From NCBI GenBank assembly GCA_951406725.2, contig OX597816.1, positions 97,650,001-97,714,000 of the forward strand: DNA of 64,000 nucleotides, read 5' to 3'. Source of the DNA: Octopus vulgaris. Lineage: Eukaryota. This document shows, piece after piece, positions 14,790-28,050 of the stretch. The number at the start of each line of letters is the position of its first letter. The first letter of the stretch is position 1. Under the pieces are notes generated by a model. That model saw only the letters and a list, made by a program, of their open reading frames with translations, was not told where the DNA came from and did no database searches. A program made the translations under genes and the position numbers.

Positions 14790-14955
14790 TCAGCAGTCGA
14801 TTAAATCGATCCTGGTATTTGATCAGTACTTTATTTTATCGGCCTTAGACCGATGAAAGGAAAATTGAGCGCAGCATAATTTAAATTCAGAAAGTAGTAT
14901 CTAGAACATGTAACTCAAGACAGTTTTCCCAGAGCCTAACGCATCCGCCAATCCT
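14790..14955 (-). mobile_element. SINE family B, degraded
   Basis: gtcgattaaatcgatcc...gtactttattttatcg...gatgaaagg...aaattcagaa, the reverse complement of family B. Confidence 0.6.
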
Positions 14956-15650
14956 CCCTCATTTTTATGTATCAAAGTTAATTTCATATGAATATATTAG
15001 TTTGTACGAACGGAAACAACTGAACCTTGATGGAAATGCTTTGCCCATTCTTTAACTTGTATTAAGGTCTGCTGATCATTCTTTTGAACTTCATTCTGCT
15101 AATTAAGTTGAAATGCTGCGATCTCAACTGATCCAATATTATATCTTTAGATGAATATTTCTGGATTCTGACAGCGAAGAACTTCAGTAAGTAAGTAGTT
15201 ATTCAGTATTGTTCATGAGCAGTCATAGAAGAAGTAAGATCAAAAGCATTCCGTTATGACCATCCCATCATAATTTCATGGCAATTGTCTCAAGGATCAC
15301 ATCTATTGTAATTTGTGGTTTTTATATCATAACAGCGGACAATTTGACGGAGATTTATTACTAAAAGGTCGTGTTACAGCCTAGAATATTTTGTGCGTGT
15401 GTGATTTTATATGATGTGGAGGCATGTTAGGATATCTACTTTAATAATATTTCAAAATTAATTCAAAACTGCTTCGCACCGCTCACATATAGAAACATAT
15501 ATACATATGCCGAGTGATACATATGTATATTTTGTGTGAATGTATGCGTTCATTAATACATACATATGATCAACGACTCATCCATACACAGAAACACACA
15601 CATATATATGTAAATATGAATATATATGTTTGTGTATGTGTGCGTGCGCG

Positions 15651-15684
<34 letters not shown>

Positions 15685-15728
15685 TAATCTTACACACACT
15701 TGTACACACACACACATACACATATGTG

Positions 15729-15772
<44 letters not shown>

Positions 15773-16387
15773 CATATATGGTACATACAGACATTACTTC
15801 CTACATACAGGTCTTAAATGTAATATATTATTTTGGAGCCAGTTATTTTTTTCTAAACATAAACATGAAGGATAAACTGTGTCTGCTATTTCAATTAATC
15901 AAATATAATAAATTACACTTGCTTTTTCGTCTAGCACTGCAAGCAAAGCAAGTAACTTCAATGTACAAGAATACAGCGTGAATGTACAGATATTTATGAT
16001 TAGATATATGATGAAATAAATAAATCGCTTTATTGCAGCAGGAGGAAAATATCTATATGCGAATGAAAATATCACAAAAAAAATAAATAAAAATAAAATA
16101 AATAGTCTATAACGATACAAAGAAATAAAACCCCAAAATGTTGGAAGAAAAAAAGCATCCATATCAGAAATCAATATAAACACCAACATGAAAATGTCTA
16201 TCTTGTTAATAATAGAAATCTTTCAGAAAATGGATACAAATATGCATATCATACATACATACATACATACATACAAGCATACATACATACATACATACAT
16301 ACATACAAGCATGCATACATGCATACATATATAACGTGTGTCTATGACTATGCATATATATGTGTATGTGTGTATCTGAGATTATGA

Positions 16388-16427
<40 letters not shown>

Positions 16428-16462
16428 GTGTGTGCGTGTGTGTGCGTGTAGGGGTATTAGTG

Positions 16463-16510
<48 letters not shown>

Positions 16511-18489
16511 TATATGAATTTATGAGCATAATGTAAGAATTAAATATACATATATATATATATATATATAGGTATTAATATACACACATACACACACACA
16601 TATATATACATATATACAGATATATATATATATGCACGCATTCATATAGACGTAAATATTTAAATACATATATTTTATTAATATAATATTGCATAACATA
16701 ACTTGTGATGTCGTTTAAATCGATTTAGTTTTGTTTAAGTGTATATAGTAAGATGGAATATACTGCATTATGTTCAAAATATAATAGAACATAATCAAAG
16801 TAGTAATTAACACATTATTGAACGTATTAATTTTATATGAAAAGTTATTTATTGATGTTAAGACTGGGTGTATTAAGAAACAAATTAATATGGTTATAGT
16901 GATGCTTAAAAGATATAATATTAATATGAGGCAATACTTAAAAGCATAAATTAAAAAAATGTTACTTGCCAACATAGCATGAAAGTCATAATTCAAAGTT
17001 AGCTTGTGTAATTATAGAAATAAAAAAATAAAATGTAGTAATACGTATGTACATATAATGTTAAATGCTTCTAATATAATTTTGCTTGTATGACGAACAT
17101 TATTGTGTGCAAACTTATTATATTACGTTATCTTAAAAATGTAGTTGAACTGTGGCAGTTATTGGTTATACAGATAAGGGGTAAGTTAAACATATTCTCT
17201 CTCAAATTAAATATTTAGTTAGTTAATTCAATGTTAAAGCAGAATTTTAGTGATTTACATTCAGTATCTGTCTGTTAGTTAATAAATAATTGTTGGTTAT
17301 TATTTTCATAGAAGTGATAAATAATATGTGGATGCATGGTTGTTTTGATGGATGGGGTATTGTAGGTGAAGAAAATAATATTTGGTTGTTCTGTAAACTT
17401 AAATATATATTTTCCTGGTTAGAATAGAATAAATTTGTGAATCATCAAACCCTTGACACGTTTCGGCACAAAGTAATAGTGAAGTTATGATTAATCGAAA
17501 CAGAAGCTACGACGTTATCGACACTTAAGACTATCTGAATTTAAAAAAAAGACAGCCTAACGTTATTCACCGTAATATTTTCATTGCAGTTTCTTTTTGT
17601 ATGTAGGCTGATGGACGCTAAAACGATTTCAGTCTTTGTTCATCTAGATATTTCATCAATCGGACAACAGGCTTATTGAGTTAGCCATCGAAGTGTCTGA
17701 GCATTCTGCAGGCATGTGCACCTTGACCGTAACTTACAGAATCATCCAACGTAGCAGAGTGGCGTGTACATCCGATCCAACGGGTTTCTAGATTCGAACT
17801 TACAGTTAATGTATTTTATCAAAAATAACGATCTGTTGAGGATAAGTTCTTTCATTAATATATATCTTGAACATTTCTAACTTTTGATCGTATTATCTAC
17901 TATTTACAGGAGCATATTTTTACAGTTTTACAACTCTTCCAGTCACATTAGTTGAATTTATTAATTGAACACTTTGCATGGCAATATTCTAAATCAAAAC
18001 TGAAAAAAAAATACATAATACCCAATTTCATTTTGAATATAAAACATCAACTCCGGAAGTTTCTTGCACAGGGCCCCTGAATAACTATGATACTAGGAAT
18101 AAAACGTTAACCAAGTTTACTAAAATTCCATTAAGTACACGACACTCTGTAGTTATTTCACATTCTATATAACAAATGCTAAAAATATTCTATGTGTAGA
18201 AATATATTCAGATTCACCTGCATCTTATATAAAAATTTAATATATCATCTACATATGTGATATAAATATCTTTAGTCCATGAATATTTTATTCCATCCTG
18301 CCCGATAAAAACTTCCGCACGTAATATCTTAAAAAATGCATTAAGTTTATATTGAGAGAGGCGATAGTTACTACTCACTGAATTGACTATTGTGATAAAA
18401 AAAAACACTATATATTTTGAACTTTATTGAAACCCTTTTAACCAAAATATTTAATTAAATTATTTCCGTCGTATAATCGCTAGTATTCT

Positions 18490-18733
18490 TTTATTCTTTT
18501 ATTTTTTTCAGTCATTTGACTGCGTCCATACTGGAGCACCGCCTTTAGTCGAGCAAATCGACCCCAGGACTTATTATTTGTAAACCTAGAACTTAATGTA
18601 TCGGTCTCTTTTGCAAAAGCAGTCTCTTTTGCCGAACTGCTAAGTTACCGGGACGTAAATAAACTAGTATAGGTTGTCTAGCAATATTAGGTCGGCAAAT
18701 ACAGACACACAAAAATACAAACATACACACACA

Positions 18734-18803
<70 letters not shown>

Positions 18804-18997
18804 GATAGATAGATAGATATAGATATAGATATACGATGGGCTTCTTTGTGTTTCCGTTTACCAAATCCACTCATAAGGCTTTGGTCAGCCCGAGGCTACA
18901 GTAGAAGAGACTTGTCCAAAGTGCCACGCAGTGAGACTGAACCCGGAACCATTTGGTTGGTAAGCAAGCTACTTACCATACAGCTACTCCTGCGCCT
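18490..18997 (-). mobile_element. tRNA-derived SINE family A, full length, with internal (CA)n/(TA)n
   Basis: Minus strand starts GGCGCAGGAGTAGCTGTATGGTAAGTAGCTTGC...GGTTCCGGGTTCAGTC (A/B boxes) and ends ...GCAGTCAAATGACTGAA. Repeated many times in the window. Confidence 0.9.
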
Positions 18998-19969
18998 ATG
19001 TATATAATTTTTTCACGATTTTTTACTTGTAAACAAGAAATATCTCGCATTGTATGTTAAATATTACATCAAGCGTCCACCTAACTATACATATAATCAT
19101 CAGCCTCATTAATCTGCTGACAATTACCTAACTATGGCCTTGTAAAATCAAATTTATCTTATATACTTCGCTCTTCAAATACACTCTGTCATATTTCAAC
19201 ATCATTCACTGATTAACAAAGCCCTCACAAATGCAGAAGTGCAAATTTCACATTAAGTATTCACCCAGATGTGCAAACTTTCTTCTAAAGGCATGCATTT
19301 ATATAATTCAAAAATTCTCTGTACATATACGTGTATAACTCCAGACCATTCTCAGCAGATTTGATTGAAAATAATGAAACCCAAATATTTAGCTAAGCAT
19401 ATTAAAACTATAAATTTTTAAAGATGGCTATATATATGTACATATGTATGTATTTCAATATATCCATAGATGTAAGAGAAAAAATTATACTAGCAACTAA
19501 TTTATTTTGACACATTATACTTGCAAATAATATAGAAGCTTAGAAAACAAATTTTTATTTCATATCTCTATGAAATTACTTCTAATTACTGCTCTTTAAT
19601 ATTGAATCGTCATTATTCAGATAATTTATTTTCAATATAAATATATTTACACGGCTACATTTACACTAATCTACTCATGTATTGTATATTATAAACTATT
19701 TACAATATTATATCTCTATAATATTAAAATTGCTCTTATAACACATTATGTTATTTTCTTTAACAACCTAAATCTATTTCATTACTAAATTTCGAAATAA
19801 ATCTTTGCGAATCTATTTATATTTGATACTTAATACAACGATTAATTGCCTTCGTGTCTGCAAACCCCACCAACCACAACGAGGTTTTATATGGTTAATA
19901 CTTAGCTCGCAATCACGAAGAACTGCACGTAGGTGGTGTTGACAAATTTTTGCGAATCGTTAAGCTAGA

Positions 19970-20625
19970 GGTAGACACACTGAAGTGTTCATTATCGTAA
20001 CTCAAAGCCGATCTTTATCAAGATGCAATTACAAGGCAAATAGACTCAGCAATAGAAAAGGCTCAAAGTTTATGAATGTGGTACCCAGGTAAAAATGATT
20101 GGCCACCTTCTCTCTTCATATTCTTTAATCGCTGCAAATGAGTACAGATAGAGGCAAGATGAAATACGGGTATATAATCATTCAAAAACTTACAAACACG
20201 ATTAGAAAGAAACCTCTATAGGCATGTTTGACCACATCAACTACTCACCGAGATTTGTCGTCTCAACGTTCTCTGAGATTTTATAACTCTAACGAAAGAA
20301 CTATCTTGGCAAATGGCCCAAATATTATAAGGAAAATTAATATTCATGAAACGCGTCTTCTAATTGATATGGCTGTCTCCATTGAAAACAATGTGGCAGT
20401 CAAAAAACTAAATAAAGCACAGAAAAATAAAAACCTAAGTATGATGATTGTTAAAACGTGAAAGAGGAAAACCCGCTAGGATATATCTTATGATCGAGGA
20501 AATCTGAGTAATAAAGATTCAGAAAAATTCACAGACGTGATAAGAAAACCATGAGGAAACGAAATAAAGAAAAAACCATACTGGGTACTGCACATATCAT
20601 CCGAGTAGCACTATCATCATGAATG
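19970..20625 (+). mobile_element. R4/Dong-like LINE 3' fragment (RLE endonuclease), highly degraded
   Basis: LANGPNII...LLIDMAVSIENNVAVK, ending ILGTAHIIRVALSS*. Compare DANRPDI...LLIDMTVPIDINVSVK at 48.9 kb. Confidence 0.75.
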
Positions 20626-20792
20626 TCAGTTTTATAGCATTTTTATTGAATACTAATGTGTTTTCTATTTTATTTATCAGGAATTAGCACTCCCGGAATC
20701 AAATACTCATCCAATGTGTTAATAATTAATAAGAGCTCCTTATCAGTAGAGGAGCGTGATTTAATGGTTAGGGTGTTGGACTCATGAACATA

Positions 20793-22059
20793 TCAGGTTT
20801 CCCAAAAGTTCTGTCGGATTTAACTTTTTTTTAAATTGAATGAAATTTAATAGGATTTTAGAATGTCTAATTGAATTAAAAATTATTTTTATGCATCTGT
20901 GTATATTTAAACTAATTAAAAATTATTTTACAGAATAATAAAATTAAAATATATTTGATTAAAACCCTTTCCAACATGGAAATATCCAAAGAGCATTTAA
21001 GGCACATAATGCTTTATGAGTACAAAAAAAGGAAACTCTGCTGCCGAAGCGAGACGAAACTTACACTCAGTTTATGGGAAAGAATGGTTGAATGAAAGAA
21101 CTTGCAGAAGATGGTTTGCAAAATTCAGAAGTGGAGATTTCAGCCTTGAAGATGAAGATTGAACAGGAGTTGACTTTGATGATAAGTTCCGTGAGGAATT
21201 ACTTGAAGAAAATCCTGCATTATCAGTTGAAGGATTGGCAATAAAGCTTAGTTCAAGCCATACAACTGTTCATCATCATCTTCAACAACTTGGAAAGGTT
21301 CCTAAACTTGGAAAATAGGTGCCTCAGGAATTGTCCGAAAGCAACCACAAATCCTAAATTGACATCTGCTCTTCTCTCTATTCTCGCGAACACATTTCAC
21401 CCTTTTTGGATAGACTTGTGACTGGTGACGAAAAATAGATCTTCTATCGAAATGTCAAACGTCGTAAACAGTGACATGGTAAAAGAGAAAAAGCTCAACT
21501 ACAACCGAGAAGGGAACTTCATAAAAAAAGGTTCTTCTCTCTATCTGTTGGGATTGCAAAGGAGTAATTCACTTTCAATTCTTACCACCTAATGCAATAA
21601 TCAATGCTCAAGTATACTGTCAGTAATTAGAGCATTTGAACCAAGCTTTGAAGAAAAAATACCCGCTTTAGTGAATCGAAAAGGAGTGATGTTTCATCAG
21701 GATAATTCGCGACTCCACACTGCAAAGATCACATCACAGAAGGTCGAAGAGCTTGTTTGGGAAAAAATTCACCATCCACCTTATTCTGCCGAACTTGCTC
21801 CTTCAGACTACTATTGGTTTTGTAGTTTACAGAATCATTTGGGGGACATAACCTTCGCAAGCTAGGAGGATGTCGAAACTGACATTTCAGAGTTCTTCGC
21901 TTTGAGACCAAAATAGTTTTACATTGATGGGGTTAAAAAGGTTGTAAATAGATGGAAGGAAATCATAGATATTAAGGGAAAGTACATTGATAATTAAATT
22001 TCAATTAATCACTAGTTTTTTAAATTCAAAATCCAGACAGAACTTATGGTATTACCTGA
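20793..22059 (+). mobile_element. Mariner (DD34D) DNA transposon, full length, defective
   Basis: TIRs tcaggtttcccaaaagttctgtc-ggattt / aaatccagacagaacttatggtattacctga, with TA duplication at 20791-92 and 22060-61; 1267 bp. Confidence 0.95.
20976..21996 (+). pseudogene. Mariner transposase pseudogene
   Basis: MEISKEHLRHIMLYE start; *VPQEL (WVPHEL), VTGDEK, HQDNSRLH, HPPYSAELAPSDY. Several stops and frameshifts. Confidence 0.93.
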
Positions 22060-22261
22060 TAAGAATGTGGTTTTGATTCCTGGACCAGATGACGGGCTGT
22101 CTTCTTGCGCAAAACACGTCCTCTCACATTGCTCCAATCTACTCAATTGACATATATATGTGAACCTTCGATGGACCGGCATCGTAACCAGGTTCGGAAT
22201 ATATAAGCCATGAAAACTGACGCTATGAGGCTATATGACTCAGGCAGGATCTTTATCTTTG

Positions 22262-23990
22262 ACTTGTTTCAGTCATTTGACTGCAGTCATGTTGGAGCAT
22301 CGCCTGTAGTCAAACAAATCGACCGCAGGACTTATTTTTTGTAAGCCTAGTGCTTATTCTATCAGTCTCTTGTGCCGAACCGCTAAGTTACAGGGATGTA
22401 AACACACTAACATCGGTTGTCAAGCGATGGTTGATGTACAAACACAAACATACAAACACACACACACACACACAAACATATGTATACCACGGACTTCCTT
22501 TAGTTTCTGTCTGCCAAATCAATTCACAAGGGTTTGGTTGTCCCGTGGTTTTCTCATTCGCAAAATATGCATGTTTTAAAAGCCAGTAAAAATCTGAAAT
22601 TCGGCTATAATAATGTACACTTCCAGTCTCATTGCTTTGAAGGTATGATGTTATGGAGAGAAAAAAATTGGAGAAAATAGTTATAGAGGTTTAAAAATCG
22701 AAAAAAAAACTGTATATTTTTAGCCAATAGCGAGACGGAAATTTTCAGCGTTTTGCGGAGTGGCTTCGCCTTTAAGGTTGTACCCGGGGAAATTTATTGT
22801 TTTAGTGTCTGACATGTTCACTGTAGGTTTCTAAATAAAGAGAAATACCTCCTAAAATCAACATGTATCATCTTGCTGTTTTTTGTCTCTTCATTGATTG
22901 TATGGTTTCAATATTTGTAAAAATTTATATTAATATATTTGTATGCATCTGTTTACTTTATGCCTACCTCTGTATTATGTACATCTGCCATGTATTTGAG
23001 TACATCATTAATATATATGGTCATGTAGATGTATGTATTCGTATATAAGTTTATATGTACATTATGCATTCGTGTGTGTGTGCGTTTGTGTGTATGAAAG
23101 GGGGTCTGTCTCCAAAACTCCAAAGTTGAGTAACGTTTTCATGATTGGATGTGTAAACTACGTTAAGAATAACACTGGTCAACAAAGAATTTGTCCCAAG
23201 GAAAAGAATATCTGCATTATATACGTTTTTGCATGCAGAATTTAAAAATAACGTCAGATTATCTGTACCACCACAGTTTCTCTGTTCCACGATATCCCTC
23301 TCAGTTCCTGTTACGTGGGCTAAATTTCGGTTAAGCTGTGGAAATGTGAACGGTTTAAGAAATACTCTTATTTAAAATATTTATGAACAGAATTAAACTA
23401 GTTAAATCATAAATCCAGCTGAGACAATGAGACCCCAAAATATATGAAATGAAAAATATATAAAAATACTAACACACAGAAAAATACTAACACAGAAAAA
23501 GGCAGAGAAAAATACTGACACACAGAAGCACAGAAAAAAATGTAATATATTAACACGCAGAAAATAAATAAAAAAACACGTGGGTGAAAAGAATCTCGTG
23601 GTTTGAAGAATTAAGTGTGAAAAATCAACATAGACAACAGCAGCACAGAAAAAATGAACGACAACACAGTGTGTGGTTGTCATGGTAACAAGCTGCTAAT
23701 GTCACGCTGTTCTTTAACTGGTTAAAATTACCCAAATTTCCCAACTTTAATGCCAAATAACATCAGATTCTTTAATTTCCGAAATAAAGTAATTTGTTGA
23801 TCGTAATCAAAATTAAGAGCTGCATCGATACACCAAAACTGAAAGAAATCTGAGCAAAATTAAGTGGTGGGAGGGGAGATCATTTTGTGAATGAGAAAGA
23901 CTAGAAGACAATTGTCAAGTTGCCACGCAGCGGGACTGAACTCAGAACCGTGTGGTTGGTAAGCAAACATCTTACCACACAGCCACGCCT
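22262..23990 (-). mobile_element. SINE family A split by a 1.35-kb insertion (SINE parts 22262-22547 and 23902-23990)
   Basis: The SINE body ends ...caagggtttggttgtcccg at 22545 and resumes tagaagacaattg...gccacgcagcgggactgaac at 23902, matching the order in intact copies. Confidence 0.85.
22548..23901. mobile_element. Non-coding TIR-bounded insertion (non-autonomous DNA transposon)
   Basis: Ends gt-tttctcattcgcaaaat and attttgtgaatgagaaagac are imperfect inverted repeats, and the insertion interrupts a SINE. Internal aaaaatactaacac tandem units at 23455-23570. No transposase seen. Confidence 0.7.
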
Positions 23991-24053
23991 GGTCCGTTAT
24001 CTACCTCAGATGTCTAGGTGGTTCCTGCTGGATAATGAGTGAATGCGGCAGAT

Positions 24054-24143
24054 ATCATCATCATCATGATCAGCAGCAGCAGCAGCAACATCACCACCAC
24101 CACCAGCACCACCACTACCACTACCACCACCACCACCGCCACT

Positions 24144-24198
<55 letters not shown>
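24054..24198. repeat. Compound trinucleotide repeat (CAT/CAG/CAC/CAT)
   Basis: Seen directly; produces the poly-M/V/L and poly-I/T pseudo-ORFs. Confidence 0.95.
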
Positions 24199-24458
24199 CT
24201 AGCTACTACGATGATTTAAGATTTTCGATTCGTCACAATGATGTTACTTCCCCGATTCTGTACGTTAATGAAGGTTGCTCAGAAATTTTTGGTTATCTGA
24301 ATTCTAAATTTCTTCTGAGATTCAGCAGCACAATTCACCGAACTCCCTCGTACATGTGTTTATTTATTTATTTATTCATTCATTTATTCAGTTATTCAAA
24401 GCAAAAAAAAAAAGCCCTTTCTCATCTCTGATTTCTGCCTCACTCTCTCACTGATTAC

Positions 24459-24525
<67 letters not shown>

Positions 24526-24790
24526 GTGTGTGTATTGAGAAAAAAGTCGTCAGAATTTTGGAAAAAAATCTTTATTTATTCATTATTATTAGTGGTTTCG
24601 TTCGTTTCTCGAACTGGTGAAAAATAAAATTTTGTGAATGTACAAACAGCTTGTTCATTTATATATAAAACAGATGCGTTTGGGGGGGGGGGTTGTTTAG
24701 AAGTGGAAATTGTTTTTGTTTTTTAGTGTGAGGTTCCATTGACAATGGAGAATGGAGATGGATAGATAGAAATATAGGTAGATAGATAGG

Positions 24791-24840
<50 letters not shown>

Positions 24841-24859
24841 TATATGTGTATATACATAT

Positions 24860-25110
24860 AGGCGTAGGATTGGCTGTGTGGAAAGACGGAAACTGAAAGA
24901 AGCCCGTCGTATATATGTATGTATATATATATGCATTGTTTAATTAAATGAAGTCACATGAAACGATTGTACTGCACTACCTTTGGATATCCTTGTTGCT
25001 TATTTTGATTGTAATCACCCCATTTTGATTTATATGGATAATACCATGCCAAATTCTGGTACCTTTAACTTAAGTATCATATTCAACTGAATCTAAATCT
25101 TTACTGAACT

Positions 25111-25153
<43 letters not shown>

Positions 25154-25310
25154 ATGCTTGCATGTCTGTGTTTTTCCCCCAACATCGCTTGACAGCCGAT
25201 GCTGGAGTGTTTACGTCCCCTTAACGTAGCGGTTCGACAAAAGAGACCGACAGAATAAGTACTAAGCTTACAAAGAATAAGTCCTGACTGAAACAAGTAA
25301 AGAGTAAAGA
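24860..25310 (+). mobile_element. SINE family A, internally deleted and interrupted
   Basis: Head ggcgtaggattggctgtgtgg is fused to gacggaaactgaaagaagcccgtcg. Tail 25150-25310 reads catcgcttgacagccgatgctgg...gactgaaacaagtaaagagtaaaga. Confidence 0.8.
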
Positions 25311-25324
25311 TTATATATATATAT

Positions 25325-25505
25325 AGGGAGAATTTACAAAAATAACAAACAAACGAAAAAAAAGAACAAAAGACGAAGACAGGTGGTGTAGACAACAAGC
25401 AGATGCATTAGTATAACGTTCAGGAAGTGAAAAGGTCTTTAATGTTTCGAGCCTACGCTCTTCCACAGAAAGGAACACAGAAAGAAACATGGAGAGAGAA
25501 ATATC
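25325..25505 (-). mobile_element. Short Penelope-like pLTR-type repeat (family 2)
   Basis: Homologous to 3826-4025; abuts (TA)n at 25312-25325. Confidence 0.6.
25437..25472 (-). ncRNA. Minimal type I hammerhead ribozyme motif, core variant
   Basis: Minus strand CTTT-CTGTGGA-AGAGC-GTAG-GCTC-GAAA-CA-TT-AAAG. Confidence 0.58.
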
Positions 25506-26182
25506 TTTTAGCCACACTGATATATGCCCGACTTTATACTTCCTTCAAGTAAGCTCAGTAATTTTGTATTATTTGGCATTAAAATTTCTTCTGTTTCAGC
25601 AACACAATTTGTCCCTCTTACTCGCACATGTGTTTATATATTTTTATAGAACTACGTAGAGCAAAGTAACCCTCCCTCATCTCTCTCTCACTCTCCCTCA
25701 CTTCCTCATTGAACACAATTCGTCATCTTTACACGCTCCGGTGAACATACCTAATCCATAGCATCCACACCGATCATTGTATACTCTCGCTCAGCGAAGC
25801 ACACATCCCCTCGTACCATATTTCTTTCTGTCTCTTTTCTCCCCTTCGCCTCTTTTATCTTCTTTTCTTCTTTCCAGTACATACGTCCGTGTATCTTATT
25901 TACTAAAGTACGGAACACCTACCCCTTCACTGCCATCACTATTAAAGTCGTGAATTTGTATTACGATTTCATGATGCATTAGTTGGTGAAGTGGCAACCC
26001 ACAGAGCTTGCTCTGTGAAGAGGGAATATTCCCTGCTATTTAGGCAGCCTACAGTAGCAGAAACAAAATCTTCCAAAGGCCACCCAAATCATATTTCTGT
26101 ATTAAAACTGTCGATGGAGTTATTATTGTTCAGGCCTTCTACTATAGGCACAAGTTCCGAAATTTCTGCTAGTCGTATACAA

Positions 26183-26910
26183 CGGGTCCAGGCGAGTTTG
26201 GCTAGAATAATTCGCCTAAAGGCAATTTGTCTAAATCAGTATTAATCTAGAATCAATTTGTCTAAATCACAATCTGATGACTTCGTATTTTTTACTCATA
26301 ATTCATAATACTTTGGGTTTAAAACTAGCTGTTAACTATTTATAAAAAAAGAAACACTAGGATTATTGTAATTCAAAATGCATAAAAAGCAAAAGATAAT
26401 CTTTACTGAAAGGATATTTTCAATCTTAAAAGGAAAGGTTGTGTGCTATACCACGAACGTAATCAATAATATTTTGTGGGTCAAAATTTTGAACAAGACA
26501 TTTTATTCATTTTGTAGTATCTCGATGGCACTTTTTGGGAGGTTCTGGCTCCATTCTAACAATATACTGCCCAATCCGAATTTCATTTAGACTTTGTTCA
26601 TTTTGTAAAAAGTTGATAAATTTCCAGAAGTTGGGGTGATAAGTCCCAACGTGGGTTTCGAATGCTCGATGCCATCCTTCGACAGAGTTATTTGTTTTGG
26701 GCAAATCATCAAGGACTCTTAAATACATATTCCACATCTTTAGTGAGAAAAGAGGTGGGCATCGCGCATTCCTTCTGTTAGGCTTTCCAATCCACCTATC
26801 TTCGAAATAATCAATGATTTCTTGTGCTTCATCAAGGAAGGTATAGTTATCACATAATAACTCAAATACTTTTGTTACTGTGCCTACTGGAAGAGCAAAG
26901 AGCAAAAGCA
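26183..26910 (-). mobile_element. Mutator-like (MULE) transposon 3' part with C-terminal transposase fragment (ORF 26507-26905)
   Basis: IIDYFEDRWIG...PPLFSLKMWNMY...LPKTNNSVEGWHRAF...HPNFWKFINFLQNEQ is typical of the MULE transposase C-terminus (TNNxxE). Subterminal caatttgtctaaatca repeats at 26223-26270. Confidence 0.85.
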
Positions 26911-26911
26911 G

Positions 26912-28050
26912 TCTGCAAGGCTGTAAAGATCAAATACTGATCAACAAAGCCATAACTGAAGACAGTCGCAGAAATAAGAAGGGTCTAAATATGGCCTGGA
27001 TGGATTTCCAGAAAGCTTTCGGTAGTATTCCACACACATAGATCCTAGAAACATTAACCATGAAGAAGGTAGCACCGATAGTCAGAAGATATATAAAACA
27101 TTCTTTAAATAAATGGCAGGCAGTGCTATAACTCCAGACAAAGACGGACTCATAAAAACCAAAGCCACCCCAATTAGAAGAGGAATATTCCATGCAGGCA
27201 CACTCTTGCACTTCTTTAATGCTTGGCACTGACACCTTTATTTGACATGCTAAGCAGAGCTGGATGTGGATACAAAAGTTACGGCAAAACAATCAGTCAT
27301 CTTTTGCATACGGATGACTTAAAACTGTACGCTACAAATGATAAACGGCCGGAAACATTACTACAGACAGTACATGGACTTACTAAATAAATAAACATGA
27401 ATTCTGGCTTAGAAAAATCTGTCAAAGCAACCCTGAAAAGAAGAATATTAGTTAAGAGTAACATCACACTAGATAAAGCAAATAAAATAAGAGAATTAGA
27501 CCAAAGCCAGACATACAAATACTTAAGAGTCAATGAACTAGACACAGTACAAAATTGATAAAGAAAATTAAAAAAAGGAATACCATAGACGAGCCAGATT
27601 AATACAGAAAACAAAGCTCAATGCGAAAAGTAGATAATAGTTATGAACACTCTAACTGTCCCAGTTAAAAGTTACAGCTACAATATTCTTAACTGGACTC
27701 TATATGAACTAATTAAAATACACAGGAAAACAAAAGCAAAAACGATTGACAAGATTTAGGATGCACCTGCCAAAATCTGACATAGAAAGGCTTTATATAA
27801 AATGTATCGAAGGTGGTGGAGGCCTGATATAGCTGGAAAACTATTACAAAATAACCACCATAGGACTACAGAAATACCTACTTCAGAAGCAAGGAAAACT
27901 AATACAAATAGTTACAAGACATAAAAAAAGCAAACAAATTATTTTCAGTCTTAGAGGAAGCTGACAAATACAAAAAGAAATCATAGTAACTAACAACTAT
28001 GATTAAAAGAAGAAACAATAAAAGCTAAGTAAAAGTTGTAATCCAAACTA
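26912..28050 (+). mobile_element. R4/Dong-like LINE RT fragment (family A)
   Basis: LNMAWMDFQKAFGSIPH, ISHLLHTDDLKLYA (YMDD-type), NMNSGLEKS, MHLPKSDIERLY. Homologous to 49692-50300. Confidence 0.88.

Larger units (their letters stand above)
20748..22262 (+). mobile_element. tRNA-derived SINE family C, split by a mariner insertion (SINE parts 20748-20792 and 22060-22262)
   Basis: The A-box part gcgtgatttaatggttagggtgttggactcatgaacaTA resumes after the mariner as TAagaatgtggttttgattcctggacc (B box). Similar to 31105-31425. Confidence 0.8.

Noticed and set aside
18930-18997. tRNA-like sequences with A/B boxes (also 12350, 20748, 31105, 34840, 57290)
   Set aside because: No full cloverleaf; each continues into a SINE body, so these are SINE heads and not tRNA genes.
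23455-23570. Short repeats with variable spacers (CRISPR-like look; also 38856-38980)
   Set aside because: Degenerate tandem units without unique spacers, eukaryotic context, no cas genes.
24014-24431. Poly-M/V/L and poly-I/T ORFs (also 45283-45625, 50323-50802, 54926-55408)
   Set aside because: Trinucleotide repeats or antisense frames of LINE fragments.
26005-26070. TGAAGA-GGGAA-TA-TTCCC hairpin resembling a hammerhead core and stem II
   Set aside because: The core is broken, GAAA is not adjacent to the stem, and there is no stem I.
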